A stretch of DNA of 64,000 nucleotides, taken from positions 51,770,001 through 51,834,000 of the forward strand of contig OZ024747.1 of the NCBI GenBank assembly GCA_964016885.1, read 5' to 3'. Source of the DNA: Eledone cirrhosa (lineage: Eukaryota). The translations under genes were made by a program, and so were the position numbers. This document shows, one piece after another, positions 36,635 to 48,978 of the stretch. Every line of letters begins with the position of its first letter. The stretch's first letter is position 1. Below the pieces are notes generated by a model, which was not told where the DNA came from, ran no database searches, and saw only the letters and a list, made by a program, of their open reading frames with translations.

Positions 36635-38343
36635 GATTTCTTTATTGGCCACAAGGGCTGACATCAAGAGAAACATTACAGACGACACAGGACGGTACAG
36701 GACGGTACGATGTGGGTTTTGTGCGTGCAAAGATTTTTATTATTTATATAAGAAAAGAAAAAGAAAAAGAAAAAGACATAGAAACATATATATATATATA
36801 TAAACAATAAAAATAAAAATTGAAACAATTAAAAATTCCCCAATAGGGGGGAAAACTCCGAGGGTTACTCGTGGCGAAAACCACACAAAAGACCACGGCC
36901 ACCCTGACCACCAGGGCAAGCGCCCTCTCTCAAATGTTTCCATTTCTCAAACTACAGGCGTATATTCAGAGCGGTGCCGTTCACTTCGGACCATTCTCGC
37001 TAAATTCACCCACCTTTCAACAAACTTGCTAGAAGGCAGCACTTGCCTCTCACCCTGATTTTCCTCTTCAAGTGAAACTTGAAAAAGTTAATTAGAGATT
37101 CGCCGAAGAGGAAAGTGTCTGTCTTTAACCATTTCAACCTTGTCCACCACACAATCTCTTTCTCCATGGCTACCAGACAGATGAAAACCGCCTGCCCTTC
37201 CTCCTCGAAGGAAGACGGCGAGACCATCTGCACAATGGACTCAGTCGATAACCGGATCAGCCCTACACGCGACAGCGACTGTTCGACATAGCTCCACAAG
37301 TCAGCAATGCTCGGGCACTGAACGAGTGCGTGCACGATGGTTTCGTCGCTCTGCGCGCATCTCGGACAGACTCGGCTGACGGCACTTCCGTGCCTGTAGA
37401 GCTTATCCCGAACCGGCTACGTTCCCCGGAGCACTGCCAGGCCAGGGATTTTTGGAAGTTATCCATAAACCCTGGGCTAAAGGTTCTCCGGAAGAGAGCA
37501 AACAGCTGATCTTCTTCGACGCCCAAGATCTCCCCGAGAACGGCGTCGCTCTTCCCCTCCACTCGTCCTCAATAGAACGCCGAGGTGGATGTTCCACTGA
37601 TATTGGTGCCCAGCTGGCAGAGGGCAGTGAGCGCCTGGAGACATTCCAGTTTCCAAGCACTATCCCTCGGTCTTTTCCTGACCCAGGACTGCAGCTCCGC
37701 CAAGGAGACGAGCTGTGGGAAAACGTGCCTGGCGAATGGCGACCACAACTGTTCACCGTCAAGGAAGCACCAGAGATGTCGCAGCCTCAGCTTGTGTTTG
37801 CGCATCATCAGCCATGGCATGCCCAGTCCTCCACGCAACGGGTGTTGACAGCAGATGGATCGTCTGACCATGGGAGCGCGTCCCTTCCACAAAAAGCGGA
37901 AGAGGAGGCGCTCCATTTTGGTATGAGTTGGGCCGGGGCAAGGGCCGACGGTGAGGCGGTAGCAGATAACGGATGCGATGTACGCATTCGCCACCTCCGC
38001 CCGGCCTTTCAGGAACAGCTTCCTCTCGGCCCATTTCTGGGTGAGTGAGGCCACCTTGCTCGTTACTTCGCTCCAGTTTTTCTCCATCTGGAGGTCCGGT
38101 CCGAACCAGAACCCGAGCAATTTAACCGGTCCGTCCGTCCAACGCCCCACGACGCTATCGGACGACATGGACTTGCCTCTCCAGGTGCCGAGCTACAAGC
38201 CCACCGACTTCTCCTGGTTTATCTTTGCTCCTGTCACCGCTTCGTATTCCTTGGGAGCGGTGCCGAGCATCTAGACGTGTCTGGTGCTCGACACCACCAC
38301 GGTCACGTCGTCGGCGTAAGCAGACTCCGATTTCCCGCATCCT
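36635..38343 (-). mobile_element. 5'-truncated, frameshifted copy of a diverged subfamily of the Tx1-like element
   Basis: Homologous to ORF2 from SAYADD to the end (e.g. VVGRWTDGPVKLLG, CCQHPLRGGLGMPWLMMR), with related 3' UTR, AATAAAgaaatc and (ATT)n tail at 36616-36634. Confidence 0.92.
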
Positions 38344-38460
38344 AATAATTTCTTTATTAGACACACAAGGCTCACATTAAGGAAACATTAAAGACGATAC
38401 AGGACGAAACAGTGTGTGTGTTTTTTTGTGTAAAACCAAATTTATAACAGAAACTAAGAA
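38344..38460 (-). mobile_element. Short 3'-end fragment of another Tx1-like family member
   Basis: taataatttctttattagacacacaagg...aaacatta.agacga.acaggacg aligns with the 3' UTR ends at 8288 and 36635. Confidence 0.7.
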
Positions 38461-38466
38461 AATAAT

Positions 38467-38659
38467 AATTGTTTCTACTTTTTTGGCACAAAGCCAGCAA
38501 TTACCCGGTGCATTACTGGTACTTTATTTTATCGACTCCGTAAGGATGAAAGGCAAAGTTAACCTCGGCGGGATTTGAACTCAGATCATAAAGGACCGTA
38601 ACTCTATGCTGCAAAGCATGGCGTCCGACCCTCTACCGATACTGCCAATCCACCGCCCT
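38467..38659 (-). mobile_element. Full-length tRNA-derived SINE
   Basis: Family consensus from gggcggtggattggcag to gtagaaacaattatt. Confidence 0.9.
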
Positions 38660-38710
38660 CACAACAACATTAATAACAACATCAACAATGTTACATATCT
38701 CAACAACATT

Positions 38711-38860
38711 ATCGGTAGAGGGTCGGACGCTATGCTTTGACGTATAGAGTTACGGCCTTGCCATTCTGAGTTCAAATCCCGCCCAGGTTAAATTTGCCTT
38801 TCATCCTTACGGGGTCGATAAAATAAAGTACCAGTAATGCACTAACGTAGAAACAATTAT
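38711..38860 (+). mobile_element. tRNA-derived SINE with a deletion near the 3' end, head-to-head with the previous copy
   Basis: atcggtagagggtcggacg...gagttcaaatcc...core...gtagaaacaatta. Confidence 0.85.
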
Positions 38861-38882
38861 CTCTAACATCACCATCATCATC

Positions 38883-38951
<69 letters not shown>

Positions 38952-39095
38952 AACAAAAGTGACATCCACTTGAAATTAAAGAGCTTTAATGACAATAAAA
39001 TGACAACTGTCGCCGCCAAGAGTTATAGGTAAACATTTAGATGTCACCAGCTTAAAATAAACCTAACTATAAATATATAGCAACATCACTTCTCC

Positions 39096-39141
39096 TTGTC
39101 ATCATAAATATCATCATCATCATCATCATCATCACCACCAC

Positions 39142-39200
<59 letters not shown>

Positions 39201-39202
39201 CC

Positions 39203-39248
<46 letters not shown>

Positions 39249-39264
39249 ACATCATCATCACCAC

Positions 39265-39317
<53 letters not shown>

Positions 39318-39319
39318 CC

Positions 39320-39350
<31 letters not shown>

Positions 39351-39613
39351 ACACAATTATCACCACAATCATCAACACCGTCATCATTGTCATCTTCAAC
39401 AACAGCATCAGAAATATCATTGTCACCATCATCAACAACACCATCATCACTACCGTCATCATCAGGCCCCCATCATCAAAAACATCATCATCATTATCAC
39501 TATTATCACCACCATTATCATTAACACCATTATCACAACCATCCTCTCCCTCCTCCTCCTTCTCCTCCTCCTCCTCCTCCCCCTCCTCCTCCTCCTCATC
39601 ATCATCATCATCC

Positions 39614-39655
<42 letters not shown>

Positions 39656-39781
39656 CCATCATCATCATCACAAACACCATCAACACAATTATCGCCAATA
39701 TCATCATCGCCGTCGTTACCAACAACATCACAAATCAAATCATCTTCGTCACCATCATCACCGCCGTCATCACCACCACCC

Positions 39782-39818
<37 letters not shown>

Positions 39819-40240
39819 AATCATCACCACCATCATCATCAGCCCCCTCATCATCAACATCATCATCAACATCATCAGCACCCTCATCATCAACAACATC
39901 ATCAACATCATCATCACCCTCATCATCAGCACCCTCATCCCCAACATCATCATCACCCTCATCACCACCACCCTCATGATCATCATCATCATCACCCTCA
40001 TCACCAACATCATCATCACCCTCATCACCACCACCCTCATCACCAACATCATCATCACCCTCATCACCACCACCCTCATCATCATCATCATCATCATCAC
40101 CCTCATCATCAACATCAACATCACCCTCATCATCAGCACCCTCATCACCAACATCATCATCACCCTCATCATCAGCACCCTCATCATCAGCACCCTCATC
40201 ATCAACATCATCCAGACCATCATCGCCGCCGTCACCATCT
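39096..40240. repeat. (ATC)n-derived compound microsatellite
   Basis: Long CAT runs, a CCT run and recurring caccctcatc sub-units. Confidence 0.9.
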
Positions 40241-40331
40241 AAACTATAATAATGGAAGGTCTGCGGGACTGCGTACGGTTTTTTTTTTTTAAATCCCGTT
40301 TGTAAAATAAGTTGAATTACTTTGAATAAAT

Positions 40332-40517
40332 AATTGTTTCTTCTTTTGGCACAAGGCCAGCAATTATCCAGTAGATTACTGGTACTTTATTTTATCGACC
40401 CCGTAAGGATGAAAGGCAAAGTTAACCTCCGCGAGATTTGAACTCAGAATGGCAAGGGCCGTAACTCAATGCGTCAAAGCATGGCGTCCGACCCTCTACC
40501 GATACTGCCAATCCACC
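40332..40517 (-). mobile_element. tRNA-derived SINE with 17-bp target-site duplication
   Basis: tactttgaataaataat at 40318-40334 and 40518-40534. Confidence 0.92.
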
Positions 40518-40690
40518 TACTTTGAATAAATAATGAATGAATATTACATAATTTATCTACTAAATTTCGTGGCTGTTCATTAAATATATTTTGTTAATTT
40601 AAAGATTCACTTCTTTAAAATTTCTGAAATGTCAACACTTCCGCTTAAATAAACATACTAATTTTCTCCTAATGTAGTATATATATATAT

Positions 40691-40880
40691 AACTGTTTCT
40701 ACTTTTGGCACAAGGCCAGCAATTATCCAGTACATTACTGGTACTTTATTTTATCGACCCCGTAAGGATGAAAGGTAAAGTTAACCGCGGCGGGATTTGA
40801 ACTCAGACCATAAAGTGCCGTAACTTTTTACTGCAAAACATGGCGTCCGACTCTCTATCGATACTGCCAATCCACCACCG
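40691..40880 (-). mobile_element. tRNA-derived SINE inside (TA)n
   Basis: Family consensus flanked by gtatatatatataa-like sequence on both sides. Confidence 0.9.
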
Positions 40881-41439
40881 TATATATATATAATATCGTC
40901 TTTTTTAATATATCATGGATTACGTTACTGATTACATAAGACAGTGTAACTCAATCTTCGTTCAATTTCTATGTATTATATATTGTCAATTACGATTTTA
41001 TTTGATGTATCATATCTACATATATATATACCTGTGTATAATATCAATATACACACTACACATGCTAGCGAGGGGTGGTTTTTCTGCTAGTCATCATAAT
41101 TATCGCCAACATTGATATTATTTTTATTATTGTATCTATTGTTAAAGAGAATTTAGTCAGTTATTGGTGTTGTATGGAGAATGTACTCAATGTGGCGATG
41201 AGTCGTTTCTGATTTCTTGTCAAATAAAAAGGTCTCCGGTGTTGATGTAATCTGAAGATAAAAAATGTGACGTTGGAAATTATATGGACGTAATCAAGAG
41301 GATTGGGGTTAACGCGATTGAATAACAGATATTTGAAGCATTGTACTTAAACTTGTATTTCCCTTGTTATTGATTCTTGTTGCTATTAATGTGACTATTG
41401 CATTGATGAAATCTTTAGAACGTGGAACAGAAGGATTTG

Positions 41440-41800
41440 CGGCTTTCAGTTATGACTCATTTACGGTCTGAGTTCAAATCTCGTGGTGGTCAACTTTGCT
41501 TTTTATCCTTCCAAGGAAGATAAAGTAAAGTACCACTGAAGTTCTTGGCTCATTATAATCGACTTTCCCTTAAAATTGCTGACCTTGTACCTAAATTAAA
41601 AATCAAGAAATTGGCAGTATCGATAGAGCATCGGACAACATGCTTTACGTTCTGGTTTCAAATCCCGCTGAAGTTAGCTTTGCTTTTAATCCTTCCGGGG
41701 ACGATAACATAAATACCAGTCACACACTGAGTTCGATTTAATCGACTTTCCCCTCCCCCAAAAATTATTGACTTTGTGCCTAAATCAGAAACCAATATTA
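41440..41800 (+). mobile_element. Two older tandem SINE copies (subfamily with an extra aatcgactttccc segment)
   Basis: B-box gagttcaaatc, degenerate core and 3' ccttgtacctaaa / ctttgtgcctaaatcagaaac in each copy. Confidence 0.7.
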
Positions 41801-43239
41801 TTTTCTTTGTTGTTGTTATTACTGATGTTTCAACATTTGTTTTTGTTGTTATTGTTATCGTCGTTAAGGTTACAATTGGCATTATTCTTGTTGCTGTTGC
41901 TGTTACTTTTATTGTCGTTACTTTTGCTGTTACTTTTCTTGTCGTTAGTCTTGTAGTGATTAGTTATGTTGCAAATGTTATTGTGACTGTTTATGACGTT
42001 ACAATAGTTGCCCTTGTTGTTGTTATATTCATGTTACAACAATTGTTGTTGTTGTTGTTGACCTTGGTAGTACAACAGTTGTTATTGTTGTAGTTGATGC
42101 CATTTATTGCAAATGTTGTTATGGCCTGTGTTGCAAATGTTATTGTTGCTATTTTCATAATACAACTGATGTTTCTGCTTTTACTCTGTATTGTTGTTGT
42201 TGATGTTGTTGTTGTAGTTCTTGGTGCTGATGTCCAAAACACCATCATTGTCAACAACAACAAACACAATAACAAACAAGAGTGAGGGGTCAGAGCTGTG
42301 CAAAGCTGATCAGAGACTATGTTTACGTAATTCATCTCGAGAAAATGAGACTATGGGGGAAGATGGAGAAATTTAGGAAGAGCGATGACGTCACTCCTTA
42401 GAGACAAGCTTAAGGAACAGATATTTAAAAACTGGTGGGTTATTCCATTTTCAGCTTTTAATTTAGCGTCTTAGTTAGGAAATATTTCTTTTGAAAACTC
42501 TCACGGATGTATCTCCCAGGGAATTACACAATTCTATACAAGTCAGACTCCTTACAAAATAGTGATATCCTTTATACACCTTCCTCCTTTTGTACATTTC
42601 CTTCAATAGAATCTGAAATTTTGTCACAATTTTGATATTTCCTCTACAAAGTATAGTTTATATTTTCTCCTTATTCTTTTGTTTGTCTCTTTGTTTTCTT
42701 CTGTCTCTCTCTTTCTTTATTATCTTTTCATTTTTCTCTCTATCTCTCTCTCCCTCTCTTTCTCTCTCTCTTTCTCACACACACACGCACGCACACACAC
42801 AAACACACACACGGACACACACACACACACACACATACACATATATATATATATACGCTCACACTCACAGGTATGCTCACACACACACGTATGCATGCAC
42901 GCACGCACTCTCCGGTAGGTCTACATAAATACCTATGTAAATTCATAGACATTCATGCACACATATATGATGATCACTAATTTGCATACTCATGTGTGTG
43001 TGTGTATGTGTGTATTCGTGTATGTGTGTGTTGGTACATGTTAGTGTGTGAATAAATATTAATACGATTGAAAGACATCGTCTTCTGCGCCAAAAGATGT
43101 ACCAATCATACTGACAGGCTTTTACCCCATTTATCTCACTTTATATCAATTTCTCTCTTCCTTTCTCTATCTCGATTTCACCCTCTTTCTCTCTCCGCCC
43201 CCCTCTCCCTCTCTCTCTCTCTGCATACACACACACACA

Positions 43240-43328
<89 letters not shown>

Positions 43329-43962
43329 ATAAATCTTAATATAGAAATGGCTTCTACAGTACTAGAACTGATTCATCCAAAAGAAATCATCGTGATGATT
43401 TCTTTTGAATGGAACTGTTCTAGCGCTGTAGAAGCCATTTCTGTATTAAACTTGATGTTTACATTCTACTAATGTATTGAGCACCTTACTAACACTGGTT
43501 AGCCCCCGACTCATATATATATATATATATATAATAATAAGAATAAAATGTGGAGAAGGAGCACACGAGTTAGGATATTACCTTATTCTTACTTTTATAC
43601 CTTATTATAGTGTAATCTTCCCCATGCCTTATTATACATTATTAATTATAGATTATTATTATTACTCTTTTTCCATTTTTAATTACCTCCTCCATTATAT
43701 ATATATTGTATGCCTTTTGTGTGTGTGTAGCCTCTGCATACCCTCTGCACCCTACTATCGACGCCACCCCATCTATGGCTCAACTAACCACTCGACTCCC
43801 GGGATTGAATATGACCGCAGCTAGTAAACAAGGACCCACACCCCACCCTCCCGCACCAAAATTAGACTTATCGTCCCCTACCTTTGCTCTTTACTCTCTT
43901 TACTCTTTGTTCTTGAATGTTTGGTTGGTAGAGTCCATAACACCAATCAAACCCCTTTTATA

Positions 43963-44007
43963 GCTCTGACGAATCCTACGGTTACGTAAGGAAGAAACAT
44001 TGTAAGC
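43963..44007 (+). ncRNA. Type I hammerhead ribozyme motif near the 3' end of a (TA)n-flanked unit
   Basis: gct-CTGACGA-a-tcc-tacg-gtta-cgta-a-gga-a-GAAAC-att-GTA-agc, followed immediately by AATAAA (44009). Confidence 0.8.
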
Positions 44008-44074
44008 CAATAAAAATCTTTTGATGTTGTAGACGCTCTTGTGTTCTTTATCATATATATATATATATATATAT

Positions 44075-44174
44075 ATGAAAACAGGGAGAATAAGACGCTT
44101 ATTAGGAAGAAAAATAAAAAGGAAAAAAATAATATTTTCCTTCCTAATAATCGTCTTTTTCTCCCTGTTTTCAT
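44075..44174. repeat. Short inverted-repeat (MITE-like) unit in (TA)n
   Basis: tgaaaacagggagaa.aagacg.ttattaggaag mirrors cttcctaataatcgtctt.ttctccctgttttca. Confidence 0.8.
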
Positions 44175-44309
44175 ATATATATATATAAACGGAAAAAATG
44201 AAACGAAATTTCATTCCTCACTCTTAGTACGGCTGTTACTTAAATAGAAGTATGTATACGTACATACATATATGTATACAGACGTTCAATAATCTGGCAG
44301 GAAGGTATA

Positions 44310-44350
44310 CGTTGCTGACGATAGCTAATAAGCTTGAAACAAGTACAGCG
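44310..44350 (+). ncRNA. Type I hammerhead ribozyme motif
   Basis: cgttg-CTGACGA-t-agct-aata-agct-t-GAAAC-aa-GTA-cagcg. 5-bp stem I with one GU pair. Confidence 0.8.
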
Positions 44351-44446
44351 TTCCTTTATCAGTGTTGAACAAATGAGCAACGATGGTTGCTAGACACTGT
44401 ACGGCTTAATTCGGGATGTTTGTTTACAAACACACCGAGCATTATA

Positions 44447-44554
44447 ATAAATGTTCGGTGAATCCATACGTACATATATATATGTGTGCATGTATGTATA
44501 TATATATACGTAAGATGTATATATATATATGTAAGATGTAAGAAGGAGGCAATA

Positions 44555-44623
<69 letters not shown>

Positions 44624-44727
44624 TATGTATACGTACATACATATATGTATACAGACGTACAGTAGTATGTATATATACATACATGCACACATATATATAT
44701 GTACGTATGGATTCACCGAACATTTGT
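44447..44727. repeat. Inverted repeat (~55-bp arms) around a (TA)n-containing spacer
   Basis: aaatgttcggtgaatccatacgtacatatatatatgtgtgcatg mirrors catgcacacatatatatatgtacgtatggattcaccgaacattt. Confidence 0.85.
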
Positions 44728-44979
44728 TATATACGTATTTGTTATATACGTATTTATTTATATACGTTTATTGAATCATTTGTATACACGCACACACACA
44801 CACCCATATTTATATGTGCGTGTATTTGTATACCTATGGCGAGTGTTTTCGCGTATGCTTGTGTATGTACGTATTTGGATGCGTGTATATATTTATTTAA
44901 TTTCAATTACCTCTGTATTTTATTTACTTTATTATTAACTCTGAAGCGGAGAATCATTCCGTTTCCTATTTAGAATTTT

Positions 44980-45248
44980 AGTCTACGACTTCAGTTATAC
45001 CATTTACGTGGTTTTGTCTTTGCGTGCAATTGTTCTCCACGCTCCACATATGACGTATTATCTTCGTTTTTTCTGTTCATTGCCAGAAAACGTCTCTATG
45101 AACCACCTAAGAGAATATAAGTCTACGACTTCTTTTATACCATAAACGTGGTTCTGTCTTTGCGTGTAATTGTTTTTCACCGCTCCTATTAATGGCGTAT
45201 TATATTCGTTTTTTCCCGTTCTTTGCCAGGGAACGTTTCAACGAACCA
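44980..45248 (+). repeat. Diverged 140-bp tandem duplication
   Basis: agtctacgacttc...cgtggtt.tgtctttgcgtg.aattgtt occurs at 44980 and 45120. Confidence 0.8.
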
Positions 45249-45484
45249 AAGTATCTTCTTCTTGTCTTCCTCCGGTTGCAACGTTTTTTGAAATATTCAC
45301 TTCTGCGTTTACAGACTGACTTTGTTAGTTTCAGAAGATCCCGTTAAGGGTGAAAGCAGCGATTCTTTGCTTAAACTTTAATTTGTTATTTTAATAAATA
45401 TTTGCTCTACGGTTCTTATATATTTGATATAGATTTATCCTTATCGAGCCCTCTTTGGATTTTAGTCTTCAAATTTATTATTAT

Positions 45485-45561
<77 letters not shown>

Positions 45562-45650
45562 GTAGGAGGTGAGTTTTATTGCAGTACAATAAAGCAATGC
45601 AGATATCGGATAAGTAGCACTCTACAGTTTGTAGGACTGGAGTATAAATA

Positions 45651-46022
45651 ATATATAAGATCAAAAGATGGTTAAAAGAGTTCCATGTATTTTATTATGC
45701 GCATTTCAAAAACAAATATCATCATGCAATAACATTTGCGTTTTCGCCAGATAAAATAGGGAGACATGATATGAAGGTTAAAACACACTTGTGAATAGTG
45801 CAGTTTTAAATCAACATATCTATGTTGATATCGATGATAGATATCAACATATCTATCATATGATATGTTGATTTAAAACTGCACTATTCACAAGTGTGTT
45901 TTAACCTTCATATCATGTCTCCCTATTTTATCTGATGAAAACGGAAATGTTATTGCATGATGATATTTGTTTTTGAAATGCGCATAATAAAATACATGGA
46001 ACTCTTTTAACCATCTTTTGAT

Positions 46023-46031
<9 letters not shown>
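45651..46031. repeat. Foldback with ~170-bp arms and a self-palindromic spacer; third arm copy at 46343-46510
   Basis: Arms 45651-45820 and 45862-46031 are near-perfect reverse complements. Block 45561-45646 recurs at 46244-46329. Confidence 0.9.
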
Positions 46032-46074
<43 letters not shown>

Positions 46075-46196
46075 AGATGAGTTTAAATTATTTTTCCCAC
46101 ATCTTACGTTAACTATTTTTCCCATTTTGACGCTATAGTCCCTTATATACTATGGAATGCTGCTCGCTTTTCGCTGCAGTGTTTTCTATACCTTTC

Positions 46197-46246
<50 letters not shown>

Positions 46247-46500
46247 AGGAGGTGAGTTTTATTGTAGTACAATAAAGCAATGCAGATATCGGATAAGAAG
46301 CACTCTACAGTTTGTAGGACTGGAGTATACATAATATATAAAATGTTGATTTAAAACTGCACTATCCACAAGTGTTTTTTAGCCTTCATATCATGTTCTC
46401 CTGTTTTATCTGATGAAAACACAAATATTATTGCATGATGATGTTTGTTTTTGAAATGCGCATAATAAAATACATGGAACTCCTTTAACCATCTTTTGAT

Positions 46501-46538
<38 letters not shown>

Positions 46539-47389
46539 CTATTGCCTCCTTTGTGTGATTAACAAGCAAGTTTAACCTTTCCGGCACTGCAGATTGACTT
46601 GGTCTTGTTGAAACCACAATGTTACCAGGTCGACAGCTGAAGATATTTTTTCTATTGTTGGCCTTACACGTTAGAATTCCAGTGGAGAAATTTCAACAAT
46701 GCAGCAAACTGCTAATTAGATATTTATTTTACTCATGGAATACAATGAAACCATAATACAATATACAGTTTCCCAGATTTTACAGAAAATATTTTTTGCA
46801 GTGATTTTAAGTGAAATCGTATTTATGGATATGTAGTATGGTCATCACTGATTACAGAATCAAGCTAAAAATACGTGAGAGATTAATGAAGCAGAGCTGA
46901 GGTAGCTTCTGTCAGTAACTGGCTAGGTAATCGCCACGAATAGACCTGTGTCATGCAAGGCGAAGAATAACAAAAATAATTTAAGATTGTCTGATTAGTC
47001 TTTTATACACTCGTCACTGTTTATTTTTATTGGAATTGATGAATATCACTTACGATACATAAACGATACATAAACGCTTTATTCTCCTACTATAGCAAAT
47101 TTCACCAAATGATAAGTTCGTTGTGCATACATGCCGGGTTGTTTAATTTTCTCAATGTTGTGTCTAATTTACTGCAGTACCATCTTATCTCTTGTCTTAC
47201 GGTATATTTTTCATCTACCAAATTCCATTCACAGGTCATTAGTCAAACTAAACTTCTCAAAGTGACCTTCTTAACCATATAGCCAGGACAACGACTTAAA
47301 TGTGGTTTTCGAACATAGCCACTAGGTTTGAAATCTTGGTGGAGAATGGTTAGTTAATTATATCCAATCAGTTGTTCACTGATACTTTG

Positions 47390-47660
47390 TTACTCTTCTT
47401 TTTCTTCCTCTTGCTCAACGAGGCCGGGGGTCATCTTAAGCCAACAATCCCAAAGACATGTCGTACGTAGAGCCGACCAGGTCCACCAGCACCCTCCATC
47501 ACTGGTGGTCCCGCGTGCCAGCTCCTCTTCATTCTCCAAGGTGATGTCGAGCCACCGGAGATCTTCCCTGGTGATATCCAGCCATCTGGTGCGAGGACTG
47601 CCATGGGGGGGGGGGGCCTCTTCCAGCCTGCAGCCGCTGCATCGAATGAGAATATGGCCC
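47390..47660 (-). mobile_element. 3' end of an RTE-like LINE
   Basis: GSPRTRWLDITREDLRWLDITLE...ELA terminus with a GAA-rich tail. Confidence 0.6.
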
Positions 47661-47689
47661 TGGTAGAATGATCTGGTGGAAGGCGGAGG

Positions 47690-47970
47690 ATATGTTATCG
47701 ATCCCGAAATGATAAAAGGCAAAATCGACATGTATGTGATTTGAACCCAGAATCCAAAATTTCGGAACTAAATACACTTTGTCCGATTCTTTAACGATTC
47801 TGTCAATACATTGCCCTACACACACCTTTAATAATGGTTTTTCATTTAGACACATGGTCAGTAATTTCACGTGAGAGGAAAAGTTGATTATATTGACCAC
47901 CATAGTTAACTTTATTTATCATTCTTGGAAGGAGGGAATTCAAAGTTGACCTCGGCGGGATTTGAACTTA
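47690..47970 (-). mobile_element. Two degenerate SINE copies
   Basis: ttatcgatcccgaaatgataaaaggcaaa..gatttgaac and caaagttgacctcggcgggatttgaact. Confidence 0.65.
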
Positions 47971-48233
47971 CCGTGTGCCTTTTAGAATGAATAGTATATG
48001 TAAAACCCTAATAAAGATATAACATAAGACTCAACTAAATGACTATTTTCACGTGATTATTTAAGTAAAGCTTTACATGCTATGACGTCATTAAGGCATT
48101 TTTAGCTTGAGTCATGGTGGTTCTTGAATACGCCATTTTGTAGTGTTGTGTTGAGCAATTATTTATCGCCAGGAGGTTGCTACCACTATTACTACTACTA
48201 CTGCTACTACTACTACTGCTACTACTACTACTG

Positions 48234-48286
<53 letters not shown>

Positions 48287-48431
48287 ACTACTGCTGCTAC
48301 TACTGCTGCTACTAATAATAATAATACTAATACTACTGCTACAGCTGCTACTACTGATATTACTACTACTACTACTACTACTACTACCACTACCACTACT
48401 ACTATTGTTGCTGCTGCTGCTACTACTACTA

Positions 48432-48463
<32 letters not shown>

Positions 48464-48539
48464 ATATGAAATATTACAATGCTTACGAGTGTCTAATTAA
48501 TTCTATTGATGAACACTTAGGTAATTAGAGGCTGGAAAT

Positions 48540-48943
48540 GATTGATATTGATAACGATCGATATGATGATGATGATGATGAAGATGATGGTGTTAATAGT
48601 GATGGTGGTGATGATAATGATGATGATGATAATGATGGTGATGGTGATGGTGATGGTGATGATGGTGATGGTGGTGTTAATAGTGATGATGATGATTGTG
48701 GAGACGGTGATAGATGTTGATGGTGGTGATGATAATGATGGTAATGATGGTGATGATGATGATGATGATTATTATAATAGTTATGATGATAATATTTATG
48801 ATTGTTGGGACGATGATAGATGTTGATGATTATGATGATGATGATGATGATGATGACGATGATGATGATGATGGTGATGGTGATGATGGTGATGATGATG
48901 ATGATGATGGTGATGGTGATGATGGTGATGACGATGATGATGG

Positions 48944-48978
<35 letters not shown>

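Noticed and set aside
45932-45950. CTGATGA...GAAA as a hammerhead
   Set aside because: No stem II can form and the other two arm copies lack GAAA.
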